64,000 bases of DNA from Gammaproteobacteria bacterium (GCA_035279405.1 DATEHU010000026.1:386147-450146), one strand, 5' to 3'. Shown: positions 1 to 11,880, counted from the stretch's first letter. Program-made: numbers and translations. Notes: a model not told the origin generated them from the letters alone.

Positions 1-361
1 ACGGCTGGCCGGCGAGCACGCCGCTCAGCAAGCGCATGCTGGTAGCGGAATTGCCGCAGTCCAGGGTGCGCGCAGGCATCCGCAGGCCCTCCACGCCCAC
101 GCCTTGTATCCGGACGTGGCCGGTGCGCGCATGGTCAATCGGTACGCCAAGCGTACGCAGCGCCTTCAGCGTGGCCAGACAATCCTGGCTTTCCAGAAAA
201 TTCGAAATCCGGGTCTCATCCTGCGCGAGCGCGCCGAGCAGCAGTGCGCGGTGGGATATGGATTTGTCGCCCGGAACCCGGATGCGACCCCGCACGGAGC
301 CGCCCGGCTGCAGCAGAAAATCGCAGCGCCCTGCGGATGGCAGGACCGTCGCGGAGCTCAC
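1..361 (-). CDS. aroA: 3-phosphoshikimate 1-carboxyvinyltransferase (EPSP synthase), N-terminal part; the 3' end lies outside the window
   Basis: Not in the ORF track because it is open at the window edge. My minus-strand translation from GTG at 361 reads VSSATVLPSAGRCDFLLQPGGSVRGRIRVPGDKSISHRALLLGALAQDETRISNFLESQDCLATLKALRTLGVPI...LDCGNSATSMRLLSGVLAGQP. It carries the PGDKSISHR and LDCGNS motifs of AroA. GTGA overlap with the hisC stop. Confidence 0.8.
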   Translation of the reverse strand, partial: MSSATVLPSAGRCDFLLQPGGSVRGRIRVPGDKSISHRALLLGALAQDETRISNFLESQDCLATLKALRTLGVPIDHARTGHVRIQGVGVEGLRMPARTLDCGNSATSMRLLSGVLAGQP

Positions 362-1491
362 GCGGCAAGCACCTGCTCAAGCGCCAGCAACAGGCGGTCG
401 TTTTGTTCCGGCAAACCGATGGTAATGCGCAGATGATGCGGCAGTCCGTAGTTGCCCAGCGGTCGCACGATGATGCCCTTGTGCAGCAAGGCGTCGTAAA
501 TGGGCCGCACCGGCCGGCCGAAATCCACGCTCAGGAAATTGCCGATCGATGGAATCCACTTCAACCCCAGTTCGCGCAGCCCCACCTGCAGCTGCTCGTG
601 GCCGGCATGGTTCAGTTCCGCGCTGCGCCGCACATGCGCCTCGTCGCCGAGCGCCGCCAACGCGCCCCGTTGGGCCAGATTGCTGGCATTGAACACCAGG
701 CGCATGCGATTCAACAGCTCGGCCACGCGCGCATGCGCCAGCGCGTATCCGCAGCGCAGCCCGGCCAGGCCGTAAATTTTCGAGAACGTGCGGGTAACGA
801 TCAGATTGGGAAATTCGGATAGCCACAGGGTGCAGTCTGGATAGTCGCCTTGCGCGACGTATTCGGCGTACGCCTCGTCCACCACTACCAGCACGCGCGC
901 CGGTACGCGTGTCAGGAAGGCGTGCAGCGCGCGCCGCTCGAGCCAGGTCCCGGTCGGATTATTGGGATTGGCGATGAATACCACGCGCGTGTCGGCGTTG
1001 ACCTGCGCCTGCAGCTTGTCGAGATCGTGGCCGTAGGGCGCGGTGGGATGCTCAGGCGCATTGGCTTCCGCGATGCGGCCCGCGGCCCCGACTGCCTGGG
1101 TGACGATGGGATATACGGCAAACGCATAGCGGGAAAACACCGCGTTCGTGCCGGGCTGCAGGAAGACGCGCGCGATGAGTTCCAGCACCTGTTCGGAGCC
1201 GTTGCCGACGGTGATACAGGCCGGCTCGACATGAAACTTTGTGGCCAGTGCCCGGCGCAGTTCATACGCCTGGGCATCGGGGTAAATTGCCATTCCGCCG
1301 AGCGTGGCACGCACCGCGGCCAATGCCTTGGGACTCGGTCCGAGCGGATTTTCATTCGACGCGAGCTTGATGACATCGCGCACCCCGAATTCGCGCTGCA
1401 GCTCGCTCACGGGCTTGCCGGGCTCATAGGGCTTGAGCGCCTTGACGCCGGGCGCGCAGATGTCCATGAGATCAAAACTGAAATCAGTCAT
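358..1491 (-). CDS. hisC: histidinol-phosphate / aromatic aminotransferase (class II)
   Basis: 377-aa ORF with KLASNENPLGPSP and RTFSKIYGLAGLRCGY (PLP-lysine region). It sits in a serC-hisC-aroA cluster. Confidence 0.9.
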   Translation of the reverse strand: MTDFSFDLMDICAPGVKALKPYEPGKPVSELQREFGVRDVIKLASNENPLGPSPKALAAVRATLGGMAIYPDAQAYELRRALATKFHVEPACITVGNGSEQVLELIARVFLQPGTNAVFSRYAFAVYPIVTQAVGAAGRIAEANAPEHPTAPYGHDLDKLQAQVNADTRVVFIANPNNPTGTWLERRALHAFLTRVPARVLVVVDEAYAEYVAQGDYPDCTLWLSEFPNLIVTRTFSKIYGLAGLRCGYALAHARVAELLNRMRLVFNASNLAQRGALAALGDEAHVRRSAELNHAGHEQLQVGLRELGLKWIPSIGNFLSVDFGRPVRPIYDALLHKGIIVRPLGNYGLPHHLRITIGLPEQNDRLLLALEQVLAA

Positions 1492-1506
1492 GGGCTCATC
1501 CCCGGC

Positions 1507-2610
1507 TCACCCGTGGCGTTGCGCGAACACGCGCATGAATTCCGCGAGCGTCGCGACCCCGGATTCCGGCATGGCATTGTAGATGCTGGCGCGGATGCCG
1601 CCGCGGCTGCGATGACCGGCAAGATTATTCAGGCCCGCCGCCGCGGCGTCCTGCAGGAATAGCGCCTCCAGCTTCTGGTCGCGCAGCTGGAACGGCACGT
1701 TCATCCATGAGCGCGCGGCTTTGTCTACCGGGCTCAGGTAAAAATCCGATGCGTCCAACACCGCATACAGCAGTTGCGCCTTGCGCTGGTTGCGCACGGC
1801 CATTGCGCCGACCCCGCCCTGCGATTTGGTCCACTTGAGCATCCGGCCGAGCACGTACCAGGCGAACACCGGCGGCGTGTTGGCCAGGGACCCGGCGTCC
1901 AGGCTCGTCCGATAATCCATCAGCGACGGCGTGCCGCGCGGCGGGGTGCGCAAGGCCGCGGGATTGAGGATCACCACGGTAATGCCGGCAATCCCCAGGT
2001 TTTTCTGCGCCGAGGCGTAAATCAGTGCGTGCCCGGATACCTTGACCGGCCGCGACAGCACCATCGAAGTCATGTCGGCCACCAGCGGCACAGCGTCGGA
2101 TGCAGGCGCGGAATGGAACTCCACGCCGGCGATGGTCTCGTTGACGGTGTAATGCACGTAGCCGGCGTCGCGCGGCAGCTGCCATTCATCGCGCGCCGGC
2201 ACGCGCGTGTAGCCGTCGGCTGTACCGTCCCACACGACCTGTCCGTGCGCAACGCGCTCGGCTTCGTGCCAGGCCTTGGCCGACCACTGCCCGGTCACCA
2301 GATACGCGCCGTGCCCGCCGAGATTCAGCGCTGCCAAGGCGAACTGCAGCGTGGCGCCGCCGTGCATGAACAGCACGGCGTACTCCGGGGGAATCGTCAT
2401 GAGTTCGCGCAGATCGCTCTCGGTCTCGCGCATCAACGCGCGGAACTCCGTGCTGCGATGTCCGAGCTCCAGGATGGAGACGCCGCTGGCGTCGAACTGC
2501 GGCAACTCCGCGCGGATTTCGGCGATCACTTCCGGGGGCAACATCGCCGGGCCGGCGCCGAAATGATAACTGCGCGCTGCTGTCGCACGCGTCGCGGCTT
2601 CAGTCCCCAT
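1507..2610 (-). CDS. serC: phosphoserine aminotransferase
   Basis: [15 protein letters not shown]-terminus and the [19 protein letters not shown]-lysine region. Start moved to the ATG at 2610 (M20 of the listed ORF), giving 367 aa. It overlaps the gyrA stop by 11 nt. Confidence 0.9.
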   Translation of the reverse strand: MGTEAATRATAARSYHFGAGPAMLPPEVIAEIRAELPQFDASGVSILELGHRSTEFRALMRETESDLRELMTIPPEYAVLFMHGGATLQFALAALNLGGHGAYLVTGQWSAKAWHEAERVAHGQVVWDGTADGYTRVPARDEWQLPRDAGYVHYTVNETIAGVEFHSAPASDAVPLVADMTSMVLSRPVKVSGHALIYASAQKNLGIAGITVVILNPAALRTPPRGTPSLMDYRTSLDAGSLANTPPVFAWYVLGRMLKWTKSQGGVGAMAVRNQRKAQLLYAVLDASDFYLSPVDKAARSWMNVPFQLRDQKLEALFLQDAAAAGLNNLAGHRSRGGIRASIYNAMPESGVATLAEFMRVFAQRHG

Positions 2611-5143
2611 TACCGTTGCCGTCCTCGGCTTCGACGCGTTCCACGCCCACCAGCTGTTCACCTGCATCCAGGCGTATGAGGCGCACTCCCTGGGTGTTGC
2701 GACCGATAACCGACACGTCGGCCGCAGGTGTGCGCACCAGGGTGCCGTGACTGCTGATGAGCATGATCTCGGCGTCCGCGCCCACCTGGATGGCGCCCAC
2801 GACGCGCCCGTTGCGTTCGGTGGTCTGGATGGAAATCACGCCTTGGCCGCCGCGGCCCTGCAGCGGATAGTCCGCCACCGGCGTGCGCTTGCCGTAGCCG
2901 TTTTCGGTGGCGGTGAGGATGTCGCCGTCGCCGACCATCACCAGATCAATCACGTGCTCGCCCTTGGCGAGGTGGATGCCGCGCACGCCCGCGGCATTGC
3001 GCCGCATGGGACGCACGTCGGCCTCGCGGAAACGGATGGATTTGCCATTGCTGGCGAACAGCAGCACGTCACGCCGGCCGTCGGTGATAGCCACTCCCAC
3101 GAGCTCGTCGTTCGCCTGCAACTCGATGGCCAGAATGCCGCTCGCGCGCGGACGCGAAAAATTGTCGAGCGGGGTCTTCTTCACCGTGCCGCGGCGCGTG
3201 GCCATGAATACGAACTTATCGGCGGCGTATGCGCGCACCGGCATGAGCGCCGTGATGCGCTCGCCTTCGGAGAGCGGCAGCAGATTCACGACGGGTTTAC
3301 CGCGCGCGCCGCGCGCGGCATGCGGGAACTGATACACCTTGAGCCAATAGACCTTGCCGATGCTGGAAAAACACAGCACGGTATCGTGACTGCTGGCGAC
3401 GAACAGGTTATCAATAAAATCCTCGTCCTTGACCGCGGTGGCGCTCTTGCCGCGACCGCCGCGGCGCTGCGCGCGGTAGGTCGAAGCCGGCTGCGACTTC
3501 GCATAGCCGGCATGCGACAGCGTGACCACCACGTCCTCTTCCTCGATCAGGTCCTCGATGGTCAGATCTTCATGGTCGGAAACAATCTCGGTGCGCCGCG
3601 CATCGCCGTATTGGGTGCGCAGCGCGCTCAATTCACTGCGGATTACCTTGAGGAGTTTTTCGGGGCTGGCGAGGATGGCACGCAGGTCGACGATCAGGGT
3701 CAGCAGCTCCTGATATTCACCGACGATCTTGTCCTGTTCCAGTGCCGTCAGCCGCTGCAGTTTGAGATCCAGAATCGCCTGCGCCTGGATTTCCGACAGG
3801 CGATACTTGCCATTGCGCAGTCCCAACTCCGCCGCCAGATCTTCGGGGCGCGCAGCGTCGAGTCCGCGCCGCTGCAACATGTCGGTCACCACGCCGGGCT
3901 GCCAGTCGCGTCCCATCAACGCGGTCTTGGCCTCCGCCGGGCCCGGCGAGCGCTTGATGAGCGCGATCATGTCGTCAATGTTGGCCAGCGCCACGGCCAG
4001 GCCTTCGAGTACATGCGCGCGCTCCAGCGCCTTGCGCAGCTCGAACAGCGTGCGCCGCGTTACCACCTCACGGCGGTGGCGCACGAACGCCTCCAGCACC
4101 TGCTTGAGATTCAGCAGCCGCGGCTGGTTGTCCACCAGCGCCACCATGTTGATGCCGAATACGCTCTGCATGGCGGTGTGCTGATACAGGTTGTTCAAGA
4201 CAACCTTGACGTTCTCGCCGCGGCGCAGTTCGATTACCATGCGCATGCCGTCCTTGTCCGATTCGTCGCGCAGTTCAGTGATGCCCTCGAGTTTCTTGTC
4301 CTTGACCAGTTCGGCAATGCGCTCCAGCAGCTTGGCCTTGTTCACCATGTAGGGCAGTTCGGTCACGATGATGGATTGCTTGGCGCCCTCCGCACCTTCC
4401 ACTTGATTCTTGGCGCGCACGAACACCCGGCCGCGGCCGGTGAAGTACGCTTCATGAATGCCGCGCGTACCGCTGATCAGGCCCCCGGTGGGGAAATCCG
4501 GCCCCGGCAGGTGCTTGATCAATTCCTGGATGCTGATGGCGGGATTGTCAATCAGCGCGAGGCAGGCGGCGATCACTTCGCCAAGATTGTGCGGCGGAAT
4601 ATTCGTGGCCATGCCCACGGCAATGCCGGACGAGCCGTTGACCAGCAGGTTCGGGACGCGCGTCGGCAGCACCGTGGGTTCCTGCTCGGATTCGTCGTAG
4701 TTGGGGACGAAGTCCACCGTCTCCTTGTCGATGTCGGCGAGGATCTCGTGCGCGATCCTGGCCATGCGCACCTCGGTGTACCGCATGGCTGCAGGCGCAT
4801 CGCCGTCCACCGAACCGAAGTTGCCCTGCCCGTCCACCAGCACGTAGCGCATCGAGAACGGCTGCGCCATGCGCACGATGGTGTCGTATACCGCCACGTC
4901 GCCGTGCGGGTGGTATTTGCCGATCACGTCACCGACAATGCGTGCGGATTTCTTGTAGGGCTTGTTGTAGTCGTTGCCCAGTTCCCGCATTGCGTGGAGC
5001 ACGCGCCGGTGCACGGGTTTGAGTCCATCGCGTACGTCCGGCAGCGCCCGCCCCACGATTACGCTCATGGCGTAATCCAGGTAGGATTGCTTCATCTCCT
5101 CTTCGAGGCTGACGACGGTCAGTTCGCGGGCAATTTCGGCCAT
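2600..5143 (-). CDS. gyrA: DNA gyrase subunit A
   Basis: 847 aa with [29 protein letters not shown] and AAMRYTE (active-site Tyr region), plus C-terminal repeat domain. Confidence 0.97.
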   Translation of the reverse strand: MAEIARELTVVSLEEEMKQSYLDYAMSVIVGRALPDVRDGLKPVHRRVLHAMRELGNDYNKPYKKSARIVGDVIGKYHPHGDVAVYDTIVRMAQPFSMRYVLVDGQGNFGSVDGDAPAAMRYTEVRMARIAHEILADIDKETVDFVPNYDESEQEPTVLPTRVPNLLVNGSSGIAVGMATNIPPHNLGEVIAACLALIDNPAISIQELIKHLPGPDFPTGGLISGTRGIHEAYFTGRGRVFVRAKNQVEGAEGAKQSIIVTELPYMVNKAKLLERIAELVKDKKLEGITELRDESDKDGMRMVIELRRGENVKVVLNNLYQHTAMQSVFGINMVALVDNQPRLLNLKQVLEAFVRHRREVVTRRTLFELRKALERAHVLEGLAVALANIDDMIALIKRSPGPAEAKTALMGRDWQPGVVTDMLQRRGLDAARPEDLAAELGLRNGKYRLSEIQAQAILDLKLQRLTALEQDKIVGEYQELLTLIVDLRAILASPEKLLKVIRSELSALRTQYGDARRTEIVSDHEDLTIEDLIEEEDVVVTLSHAGYAKSQPASTYRAQRRGGRGKSATAVKDEDFIDNLFVASSHDTVLCFSSIGKVYWLKVYQFPHAARGARGKPVVNLLPLSEGERITALMPVRAYAADKFVFMATRRGTVKKTPLDNFSRPRASGILAIELQANDELVGVAITDGRRDVLLFASNGKSIRFREADVRPMRRNAAGVRGIHLAKGEHVIDLVMVGDGDILTATENGYGKRTPVADYPLQGRGGQGVISIQTTERNGRVVGAIQVGADAEIMLISSHGTLVRTPAADVSVIGRNTQGVRLIRLDAGEQLVGVERVEAEDGNGNGD

Positions 5144-5518
5144 GCGGTAAGCGCTTTTTCTAGGGGTTCTGGGCCGCCGGATGCGGGAGATTCAAAGCGG
5201 AAATTTTACCATAGGCATCATGCTTATCCCTCGCTTACACAGCGCCGGAATGTGCGCGCCGGTGCGAAATCCGGCTGCATCAAGTCTGTTATAGTGGATT
5301 CGCGTCACCAGCGTGCGCGCTTACTGTCAGTGAATGACCACATCGGCAAACTGCAATCCCGGGATGTCAGTGCGTGGCGAAATCGTTTTGGTGATGCCCG
5401 CCATGGGCGCAGGTCGCGCCCCGCTGCCGGTCGCCCGTCTGACGGCGGTCGCCTACTCAGCGGTCCCCAAGGAGGCAGGTGCCTGTTGAGTGAGCGCTTG
5501 CCGGATTAATCTATCCTA

Positions 5519-6847
5519 ATGACGACCCCTGCTGATCTTGCCATTCACGCGCGCTGGGTGATTCCCGTCGAGCCCGAGGGCGAGATCCTGGAACAGCACG
5601 CTATCGTGGTGCGTGACGGGCGCATTCTGGCGCTGCTGCCGAGTACCGAGGCCCGGCGCCAATTCCATGCCCACACCAGCGTCGAACTGCCCGACCACGT
5701 GCTCATTCCCGGTTTCGTGAACGCCCATACACACACCCCCATGTCGCTGCTACGGGGTGCGGCCGAGGATATGTCGCCCACGCTGCCACTGCCAGAGCTT
5801 GCATGGACAACGGAAAGCCGCTGGATGAGCGCCGAATTCGTGCGTGACGGCAGCGAATTGGCCATGGTCCGCATGCTGCGCAGCGGCACCACCTGTTTCA
5901 ATGACATGTACTTCTTTCCCGAGGTTACCGCCGAGGCCGCGCAGCGTTGTGGGCTGCGTGCCTGTCTGGGCATGATCGTTACCGACGTTCCTTCTGCCTG
6001 GGCCGGTGGAGCGCACGAATATCTTGCCAAAGGCACGGCGCTGCGTGACCAACACAAGGATGAACCGCTGCTGAGCTTCGCATTCGCACCCATCGCTCCC
6101 TGCGCCATGGCCACGTCGCGGTTGAAGGAAATCCGCACGCTGGCCGATGAATTGGATGTGCCGGTGCATGCAGAACTTAATGCCACGGCCGCAGAAATCC
6201 AACTTTGCCTGCAACAACATGCTGCGCGTCCGCTGGCGTACCTTGACGGGCTTGGATGGCTGACATCAAATCTCATCGCGGCGTACATGACGCTGCCGAC
6301 CGATTCCGAAATCGCCGGGCTGGCGCGCGCCGGCGTGCAGGTGGTGCACTGTCCGGAATCCAGTCTGGGACTCGCGCGCGGATTTTGCCCGGTAGCGAGG
6401 CTCCTGGCCGCGGGTGTAAACGTCGCGCTCGGCACCGGAGGCAGTGCGGTCGACATGCTCGCCGAGATGCGCTGTGCCGCATTGTTAGCCAAAGCCGTGG
6501 CGGGAGATGCGCAGGCGCTACCGCCCGCGAGCGTGCTGCGCATGGCCACGCTCAACGGTGCACGTGCGCTCGGACTCGATCACGCCACGGGTTCACTGCT
6601 GCCGGGGAAATGGGCGGACTTGGTGGCCGTGGACATGAATGTTCCCGAGTGCCGGCCGCTGTACGATCCGCTGTCGCAGCTGGTGTACAGCGCCAGCCGC
6701 AGCCAGGTAAGCGACGTCTGGGTGGCCGGCCGGCAGCTGTTGCGCGCAGGCGAACTCACTACGCTGGATCAGGATGCAATCCTCGCGCGCGCCACGCGCT
6801 GGCAGGAATCTGGCCACGATGCCACGCCCGAGGCCGCCAGCGCATGA
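5519..6847 (+). CDS. TRZ/ATZ-family amidohydrolase (MtaD-like 5-methylthioadenosine/SAH deaminase)
   Basis: 442 aa with the [17 protein letters not shown] metal-binding HxH motif. ATGA overlap into ubiG, which is the usual neighbour of mtaD-like genes. Confidence 0.8.
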   Translation: MTTPADLAIHARWVIPVEPEGEILEQHAIVVRDGRILALLPSTEARRQFHAHTSVELPDHVLIPGFVNAHTHTPMSLLRGAAEDMSPTLPLPELAWTTESRWMSAEFVRDGSELAMVRMLRSGTTCFNDMYFFPEVTAEAAQRCGLRACLGMIVTDVPSAWAGGAHEYLAKGTALRDQHKDEPLLSFAFAPIAPCAMATSRLKEIRTLADELDVPVHAELNATAAEIQLCLQQHAARPLAYLDGLGWLTSNLIAAYMTLPTDSEIAGLARAGVQVVHCPESSLGLARGFCPVARLLAAGVNVALGTGGSAVDMLAEMRCAALLAKAVAGDAQALPPASVLRMATLNGARALGLDHATGSLLPGKWADLVAVDMNVPECRPLYDPLSQLVYSASRSQVSDVWVAGRQLLRAGELTTLDQDAILARATRWQESGHDATPEAASA

Positions 6848-7554
6848 GTTCCACGCATAGCAACCTGGACCGGCGCGAGATTTCCAAATTCGATGCGCTC
6901 GCGTCGCGCTGGTGGGACCCGCAGGGCGAATTCCGCACACTGCACCACATCAATCCGCTGCGGCTGGCCTACATTGAACAGCGCGCCGCGCTGAAAAACC
7001 GGCGTGTGCTCGACCTGGGCTGCGGCGGCGGTCTGCTCGCGGAAGCCATGGCAGAGCGAGGCGCCGAGGTCACCGGCATCGACATGGGCGATGAGGCGTT
7101 GGCCGTGGCGCGGTTGCATCTGCACGAGTCCGGCCTGCAGGTGCACTACCGCAAGATCAGCGCCGAAGCGCTGGCGGCGGAAGCGCCGGCGCAGTTCGAC
7201 GTGGTGACCTGCATGGAAATGCTGGAGCATGTGCCGCAGCCGGAATCCGTGGTGCACGCCTGCGCGACCCTGCTCAAACCCGGCGGCCAGGTGTTTTTCT
7301 CCACGCTCAATCGCAACCTGAAATCCTTCCTGCTGGCCATCGTCGGCGCCGAGTACGCGCTGCGGTTGCTGCCGCGCGGCACGCACGAATACGCCAAATT
7401 CATCCGCCCGTCCGAACTGGACGCCTGGGCGCGTGGCGCCGGACTGGAACTGCGCGGCAGCACCGGCCTGCACTACAACCCGGTAACCCGCGACTACCGT
7501 CTGGGCGGCCGCCTGGACGTGAATTACTTCCTGCACTACAGGCGACCGGATTGA
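6844..7554 (+). CDS. ubiG: bifunctional 3-demethylubiquinol / 2-polyprenyl-6-hydroxyphenol O-methyltransferase
   Basis: [20 protein letters not shown] and the [18 protein letters not shown] motif. The real start is ATG 6844 (M197 of listed ORF 6256..7554), overlapping the upstream stop. Confidence 0.9.
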   Translation: MSSTHSNLDRREISKFDALASRWWDPQGEFRTLHHINPLRLAYIEQRAALKNRRVLDLGCGGGLLAEAMAERGAEVTGIDMGDEALAVARLHLHESGLQVHYRKISAEALAAEAPAQFDVVTCMEMLEHVPQPESVVHACATLLKPGGQVFFSTLNRNLKSFLLAIVGAEYALRLLPRGTHEYAKFIRPSELDAWARGAGLELRGSTGLHYNPVTRDYRLGGRLDVNYFLHYRRPD

Positions 7555-7556
7555 GC

Positions 7557-8249
7557 ATGCAACTCATTTTGTTCGATCTCGACGGCACCTTGTTGGACAC
7601 GGCGCCCGACCTGGGCGCGGCGCTCAACACCTTGCGCGCGGGACACAACCTGCCGCCGCTGCCCGCCGCGCGCATCCGCCCGCTGGTGTCCCACGGGTCC
7701 CCGGCCCTGCTCAAGCTGGGCTTTGGCATCGAGCCGCAGGATTCACGCTATGCCGGCATGCGTGCGCAATTGCTGGATATTTACCGCAACTGCCTCAACC
7801 GCGAGACCCGATTTTTCCCAGGTATCGAAAGTCTGCTGGATGCACTTGAGCAACGCGCCCTGCGCTGGGGCATCGTCACCAACAAACCCGCGGCGCTCAC
7901 CCAGCCGCTGGTTGAGGCTTTTCATCTGCACACGCGTGCGGTTTGCGTGGTGAGCGGCGACAGCACGCCGCGGCGCAAGCCGCATCCCGATCAGTTGCTG
8001 CACGCCTGTGCGCTGGCCGGAGTCGAACCGCAAGCCGCCGCCTACGTCGGCGACGCCGAGCGCGATGTCGAGGCCGCGCACTCTGCGGGCATGCGTGCAG
8101 TGGTGGCCCTGTATGGCTACATCGGCGAGGACGAGCAGCCGCAAAACTGGCGGGCCGATGGATTGCTGGTCGCGCCCGCCGACCTGCTCGGCTGGCTCGA
8201 CCATCCAGCGATGGCAATCTCCAATATGCAGGAGGCTGACGGATGCTGA
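7557..8249 (+). CDS. HAD-family phosphatase (Gph/MupP-like)
   Basis: LILFDLDGTLLDT (HAD motif I), GIVTNKP, YVGDAERDVEAA. ATG 7557 is preferred over the TTG at 7551. Confidence 0.8.
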   Translation: MQLILFDLDGTLLDTAPDLGAALNTLRAGHNLPPLPAARIRPLVSHGSPALLKLGFGIEPQDSRYAGMRAQLLDIYRNCLNRETRFFPGIESLLDALEQRALRWGIVTNKPAALTQPLVEAFHLHTRAVCVVSGDSTPRRKPHPDQLLHACALAGVEPQAAAYVGDAERDVEAAHSAGMRAVVALYGYIGEDEQPQNWRADGLLVAPADLLGWLDHPAMAISNMQEADGC

Positions 8250-9454
8250 TCGGGTTCGTCGTCATTGCGCTCATCGCCGGGCTCGTCGTTGGCTACACGG
8301 TGGCGGCACTGCTGGAACATAAAAAAACCGGCGAGCTGCGTGTTGAGCTGGCTTCACTCCAGGCCAAGGCCGAGGTGCTCAACAGCACCCGCGAACAGAT
8401 GGAAAACACTTTCAAGGCACTGGCCGGCGATGCATTGCGCGCCACCAGCCAGTCGCTGCTGGAACTTGCGGGCCAGAACCTTGGCAAGTTCCAGGCTGAG
8501 GCCAAAGGTGATCTGGAGAAACGTCAGCAGGCTTTCGCAGAGCTGGTCAAGCCGATCGGCGAAACCCTGAGAAAAACCGAAGAACAAATCGGAGAAATCA
8601 AGAAGGATCACGGCAACATCAGTCGCTACCTCACCAGCATGCAGGAGGCCCAGACACAGTTGCAGTCGGAAACCCGCAATCTGGTGAATGCGCTGCGCCG
8701 TCCCGAAGTACGCGGCCGCTGGGGCGAGATGACGCTGCGGCGCCTGGCGGAGCTCGCCGGCATGGTGGAACGCTGTGACTTCGAGGAACAGGTACATACC
8801 GCGAGCGAAGACGGCGTGCTGCGCCCGGACATGGTGGTGCACTTGGCGGAGAACCGCACGCTGGTTGTGGATGCCAAAACTCCTTTGGACAGCTACATTG
8901 CGGCCCTCGAAGCGCGTACGCCTGAAGAACGCGAAACGCATCTTGTGCAGCATGCGCGCAAGGTACGTGAGCGCATCAAGGAATTGGCCAGCAAGCGTTA
9001 CTGGGATCAGTTCAAAAGCAGCCCGGACTTTGTAATTCTGTTCATTCCTGGTGACCAGTTCCTGGCAGCGGCTTTGGACAAGGAACACGAGCTGCAGGAA
9101 GACGCGCTGCGTCAAAAAGTGTTGTTGGCCACGCCTACCAGCCTCATGGCATTGCTCAAGGTCGTGGCCTACGGCTGGCGGCAGATAGCGCTGGCGGAAA
9201 ACGCGGAACAAATACGCGAGCTAGCCGAAACTCTGCACCAACGGTTGGCCACGTTTGCCGAACATGTGGACAGCATGGGTCGCGCTTTGGATCAGAGCGT
9301 GAAAAATTACAACAAAGCGGTCGGCTCACTGGAGCGTCAGGTGCTGCCGGCCGCGCGCCGCTTCACCGAGCTGGGGGTGCAGGCCAAAAAAGAGCTGCCG
9401 ATGCTCGATCCCGTGGAAACCGCACCGCGCCTCGGCAACGACGCCAAGGAATGA
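8243..9454 (+). CDS. rmuC: DNA recombination protein RmuC
   Basis: 403 aa with an N-terminal TM helix, a coiled coil, and an RmuC-type C-terminus (VVDAKTPL, DFVILFIPGDQF). Confidence 0.9.
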   Translation: MLIGFVVIALIAGLVVGYTVAALLEHKKTGELRVELASLQAKAEVLNSTREQMENTFKALAGDALRATSQSLLELAGQNLGKFQAEAKGDLEKRQQAFAELVKPIGETLRKTEEQIGEIKKDHGNISRYLTSMQEAQTQLQSETRNLVNALRRPEVRGRWGEMTLRRLAELAGMVERCDFEEQVHTASEDGVLRPDMVVHLAENRTLVVDAKTPLDSYIAALEARTPEERETHLVQHARKVRERIKELASKRYWDQFKSSPDFVILFIPGDQFLAAALDKEHELQEDALRQKVLLATPTSLMALLKVVAYGWRQIALAENAEQIRELAETLHQRLATFAEHVDSMGRALDQSVKNYNKAVGSLERQVLPAARRFTELGVQAKKELPMLDPVETAPRLGNDAKE

Positions 9455-10284
9455 ACCCCGCCGAAGAAGTGCGGTGCAAACTTGCCGCCGCGCCCGCCGA
9501 TCTGCGCTTTGCGGCGTTGTTCGCCCCGCGTGCACAACGCAGCGTGCTGACCGCGTTGTTCGCGCTGTATCTCGAAATTCGCGAGATCTTGCGCGAATGC
9601 TCCGATGCCGAAGTGGCACGCGCCAAACTGGAATGGTGGCGGGAGGAGATTGCGCGGCTTGCCGTGCATCGCCCGCGCCATCCGCTGAGCATCCGGCTCG
9701 ACCAGCAAACCCGCGACGCGGCCCTGCCAATGGAACCGCTGTACGCAATCATCGAGAGTGTCGCTAGAGATATCACCGCCACAGCGTTCCACGATTTCGA
9801 CGCCGTGGAGACATACTGCCGCCAACGCGGGGGCGCGCTCACGGAGCTGGCCGCTGCGCTTGCTGGAGCCCGCACCCCGGGCACTCTGGCAGCTGCACGC
9901 CTGCTCGGCCGGAGCTGGCAACTCGCGGACATTATTTTGAACGGACTGGCGTATGCCGAACACGGGCGCATTTACTTCGCGTCCGACGATTTACGCAAAC
10001 ACGGCATCGATCGTCACGTTTCCGGCGCAGCGCATTCCATTGCCGGTGTGCGGGCCTTGCTGGAGGATTACGCCGCGCGCGCACGCGCACTGCATTCCAC
10101 GGCGCTGGCGCAGACTGAAGTCACTTGGTCAGACCTGAGTGTGGGTCTCGTTCTGGGTGGATTGGCGCAGGCACGCCTGAAGAAATTTGCGCGCACCGGT
10201 TACCCCGAGGCAGCCGCGCCGGTAGAATTGCAGCCCTTTGCGCAACTGTGGACGGCGTGGCGCAGCGCCCGCCGTGCCCGCTGA
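9451..10284 (+). CDS. squalene/phytoene synthase family protein
   Basis: 277 aa, all-helical, with the ALFALYLEIREI and KLEWWREEI pattern typical of SQS/PSY-like (NDUFAF6-type) proteins. ATGA overlap with rmuC. Confidence 0.65.
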   Translation: MNPAEEVRCKLAAAPADLRFAALFAPRAQRSVLTALFALYLEIREILRECSDAEVARAKLEWWREEIARLAVHRPRHPLSIRLDQQTRDAALPMEPLYAIIESVARDITATAFHDFDAVETYCRQRGGALTELAAALAGARTPGTLAAARLLGRSWQLADIILNGLAYAEHGRIYFASDDLRKHGIDRHVSGAAHSIAGVRALLEDYAARARALHSTALAQTEVTWSDLSVGLVLGGLAQARLKKFARTGYPEAAAPVELQPFAQLWTAWRSARRAR

Positions 10285-10305
10285 CAACCCACGGCAACCT
10301 CATCC

Positions 10306-11064
10306 ATGACGACCTCCAGCATTCCCGTCGCTTATGCCCCGCCGAACGATCTGCTCAAGGATCGCGTGATTCTCGTTACCGGCGCGGGCGACGGCATTGG
10401 CCGCGCCGTAAGTCGCGGGCTTGCGGTCCACGGCGCCACCGTGGTGCTGCTGGGCAAGACCATCAAGAAACTGGAATCGGTGTACGACGAGATCATGCAG
10501 GCCGGCGGGCCGATGCCGGGCATTTATCCCATGGACCTGCGCGGTGCCACGTACAAGGACCATGAGGACCTGGCCACGGTGCTGAACAAGGAATACGGCC
10601 GGCTGGACGGTTTGCTGCACAACGCCGGCATGCTGGGCGAGCGCGCGCCCATCGAGCACCACGAGGTGGCAATCTGGCAACAGGTGATGCAGGTGAATCT
10701 CACCGCGCCCTTCATGCTCACCAAGGCCTGTCTGCCGTTGTTGTACAAATCGCCCGACGCTTGCGTGGTATTCACCGCCAGCAGCGTGGGCCGCAAACCG
10801 CGCGCCTACTGGGCGGCCTACGCCGTTTCCAAGGCCGGGCTCGAAGCGCTGTCCGCCATGCTCGCGGATGAAACCGAATTCCGCGGCACGCTGCGCATCA
10901 ACAGCCTCAATCCCGGCGCGGTGCGTACCGAGATGCGCCGCTTCGCGTTTCCAGCGGAAGACCGCAGCCAGTTGCGCACCCCGGAACAATTGCTGCCTGC
11001 CTACCTTTTCCTGCTTGGGCCCGATAGCCGCGGTCACACCGGGCAGCAATTCGACATCGCGTAG
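10306..11064 (+). CDS. short-chain dehydrogenase/reductase, YciK-like
   Basis: VTGAGDGIGRA Rossmann motif and the YAVSKAGLEAL YxxxK catalytic motif. Confidence 0.85.
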   Translation: MTTSSIPVAYAPPNDLLKDRVILVTGAGDGIGRAVSRGLAVHGATVVLLGKTIKKLESVYDEIMQAGGPMPGIYPMDLRGATYKDHEDLATVLNKEYGRLDGLLHNAGMLGERAPIEHHEVAIWQQVMQVNLTAPFMLTKACLPLLYKSPDACVVFTASSVGRKPRAYWAAYAVSKAGLEALSAMLADETEFRGTLRINSLNPGAVRTEMRRFAFPAEDRSQLRTPEQLLPAYLFLLGPDSRGHTGQQFDIA

Positions 11065-11171
11065 CCCAGCGGGCCAATGCGCAACGCACGCGCTCGCCGC
11101 GGGGCTAGCCGGACTGCGTCCGCTTGTGTACAGTCTAGCGCTCCAACCACACAGTCATCGGGAGACAGGAC

Positions 11172-11720
11172 ATGGAAAGGACCACCAAGCTCCTGGGGGG
11201 ATGGGGTTACATTCTGCTTATTGCCGGCAGCGTTCTCGGCTCGCTCACTTTCGTGTTTCACCTTGTAGCGCTCGCGGGCTGCATCTGTCTGCTGATTGCG
11301 TTTTATCGGGCGAGCAACGAATTGGGCCAGAGAAAAATCTGGCGCAACATACTCGTTGCTATCGTGCTGTATATCGTTGCGTCGCTGTTGCTGATCTTCG
11401 TGGTCGGCTCCGCGCTCATGGCTGCATTCCACGGCAGTGCCATGGGTACTTCCGCGTTCACCAGCGGAGTCATCGCCGGCGGACTCATTGCCTGGGTGCT
11501 GTGGATGATCGGCGCGTGGTTCTGGTACCAGGCTTCGATTCCTTTAGCTGAAAGCACCGGCACAAGCCTCTACAAGACCGGCGGCCTGCTGATTTTCATC
11601 GGTGCCATCACGCTGATTGTGTTTGGCCTGGGAGCCATCGTGGTGCTCATCGGTGAAATCATGCAGACCGTGGCGTTCTTCACCACCAGCGAGAAAATGC
11701 CGGCCAGTTCACCGGCCTGA
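11172..11720 (+). CDS. multi-pass membrane protein (DUF996-like)
   Basis: 182 aa with about five hydrophobic helices and an LGGWGYILLIAG N-terminus. A terminator follows. Confidence 0.55.
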   Translation: MERTTKLLGGWGYILLIAGSVLGSLTFVFHLVALAGCICLLIAFYRASNELGQRKIWRNILVAIVLYIVASLLLIFVVGSALMAAFHGSAMGTSAFTSGVIAGGLIAWVLWMIGAWFWYQASIPLAESTGTSLYKTGGLLIFIGAITLIVFGLGAIVVLIGEIMQTVAFFTTSEKMPASSPA

Positions 11721-11741
11721 CAATCTGTTTGACATACGCAA

Positions 11742-11776
11742 ACCGCCGCCGCCCTTCAGGGCGCGGCGGTTTTTTC
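11742..11776 (+). terminator. rho-independent terminator
   Basis: ACCGCCGCCGCCC-TTCA-GGGCGCGGCGGT stem (one bulge) followed by TTTTTT. Confidence 0.6.
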
Positions 11777-11880
11777 CTGTCGGGTTTTGTTGCAGATAGC
11801 TTGCAGAGTCCTGAGTCGCGGGCTCCGAGGTATCGGGCCAGCCTGCGCGATGCGCAGGTTAATTTACACAACCCACAACT

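Noticed and set aside
2747-5509. 920-aa ORF on the plus strand
   Set aside because: Entirely antisense to gyrA. Arg/Ala/Gly/His-rich low-complexity translation typical of shadow ORFs in GC-rich DNA. gyrA homology on the other strand is unambiguous.
5468-5510. Strong AAGGAGG SD in the gyrA/mtaD-like divergent intergenic region, followed by tiny ORFs (GTG-CCT-GTT-GAG-TGA; TTG..MSERLPD-stop)
   Set aside because: Spacing to the candidate starts is poor (3 or 11 nt) and the peptides are 4-7 aa. A leader peptide or uORF cannot be supported from sequence alone.
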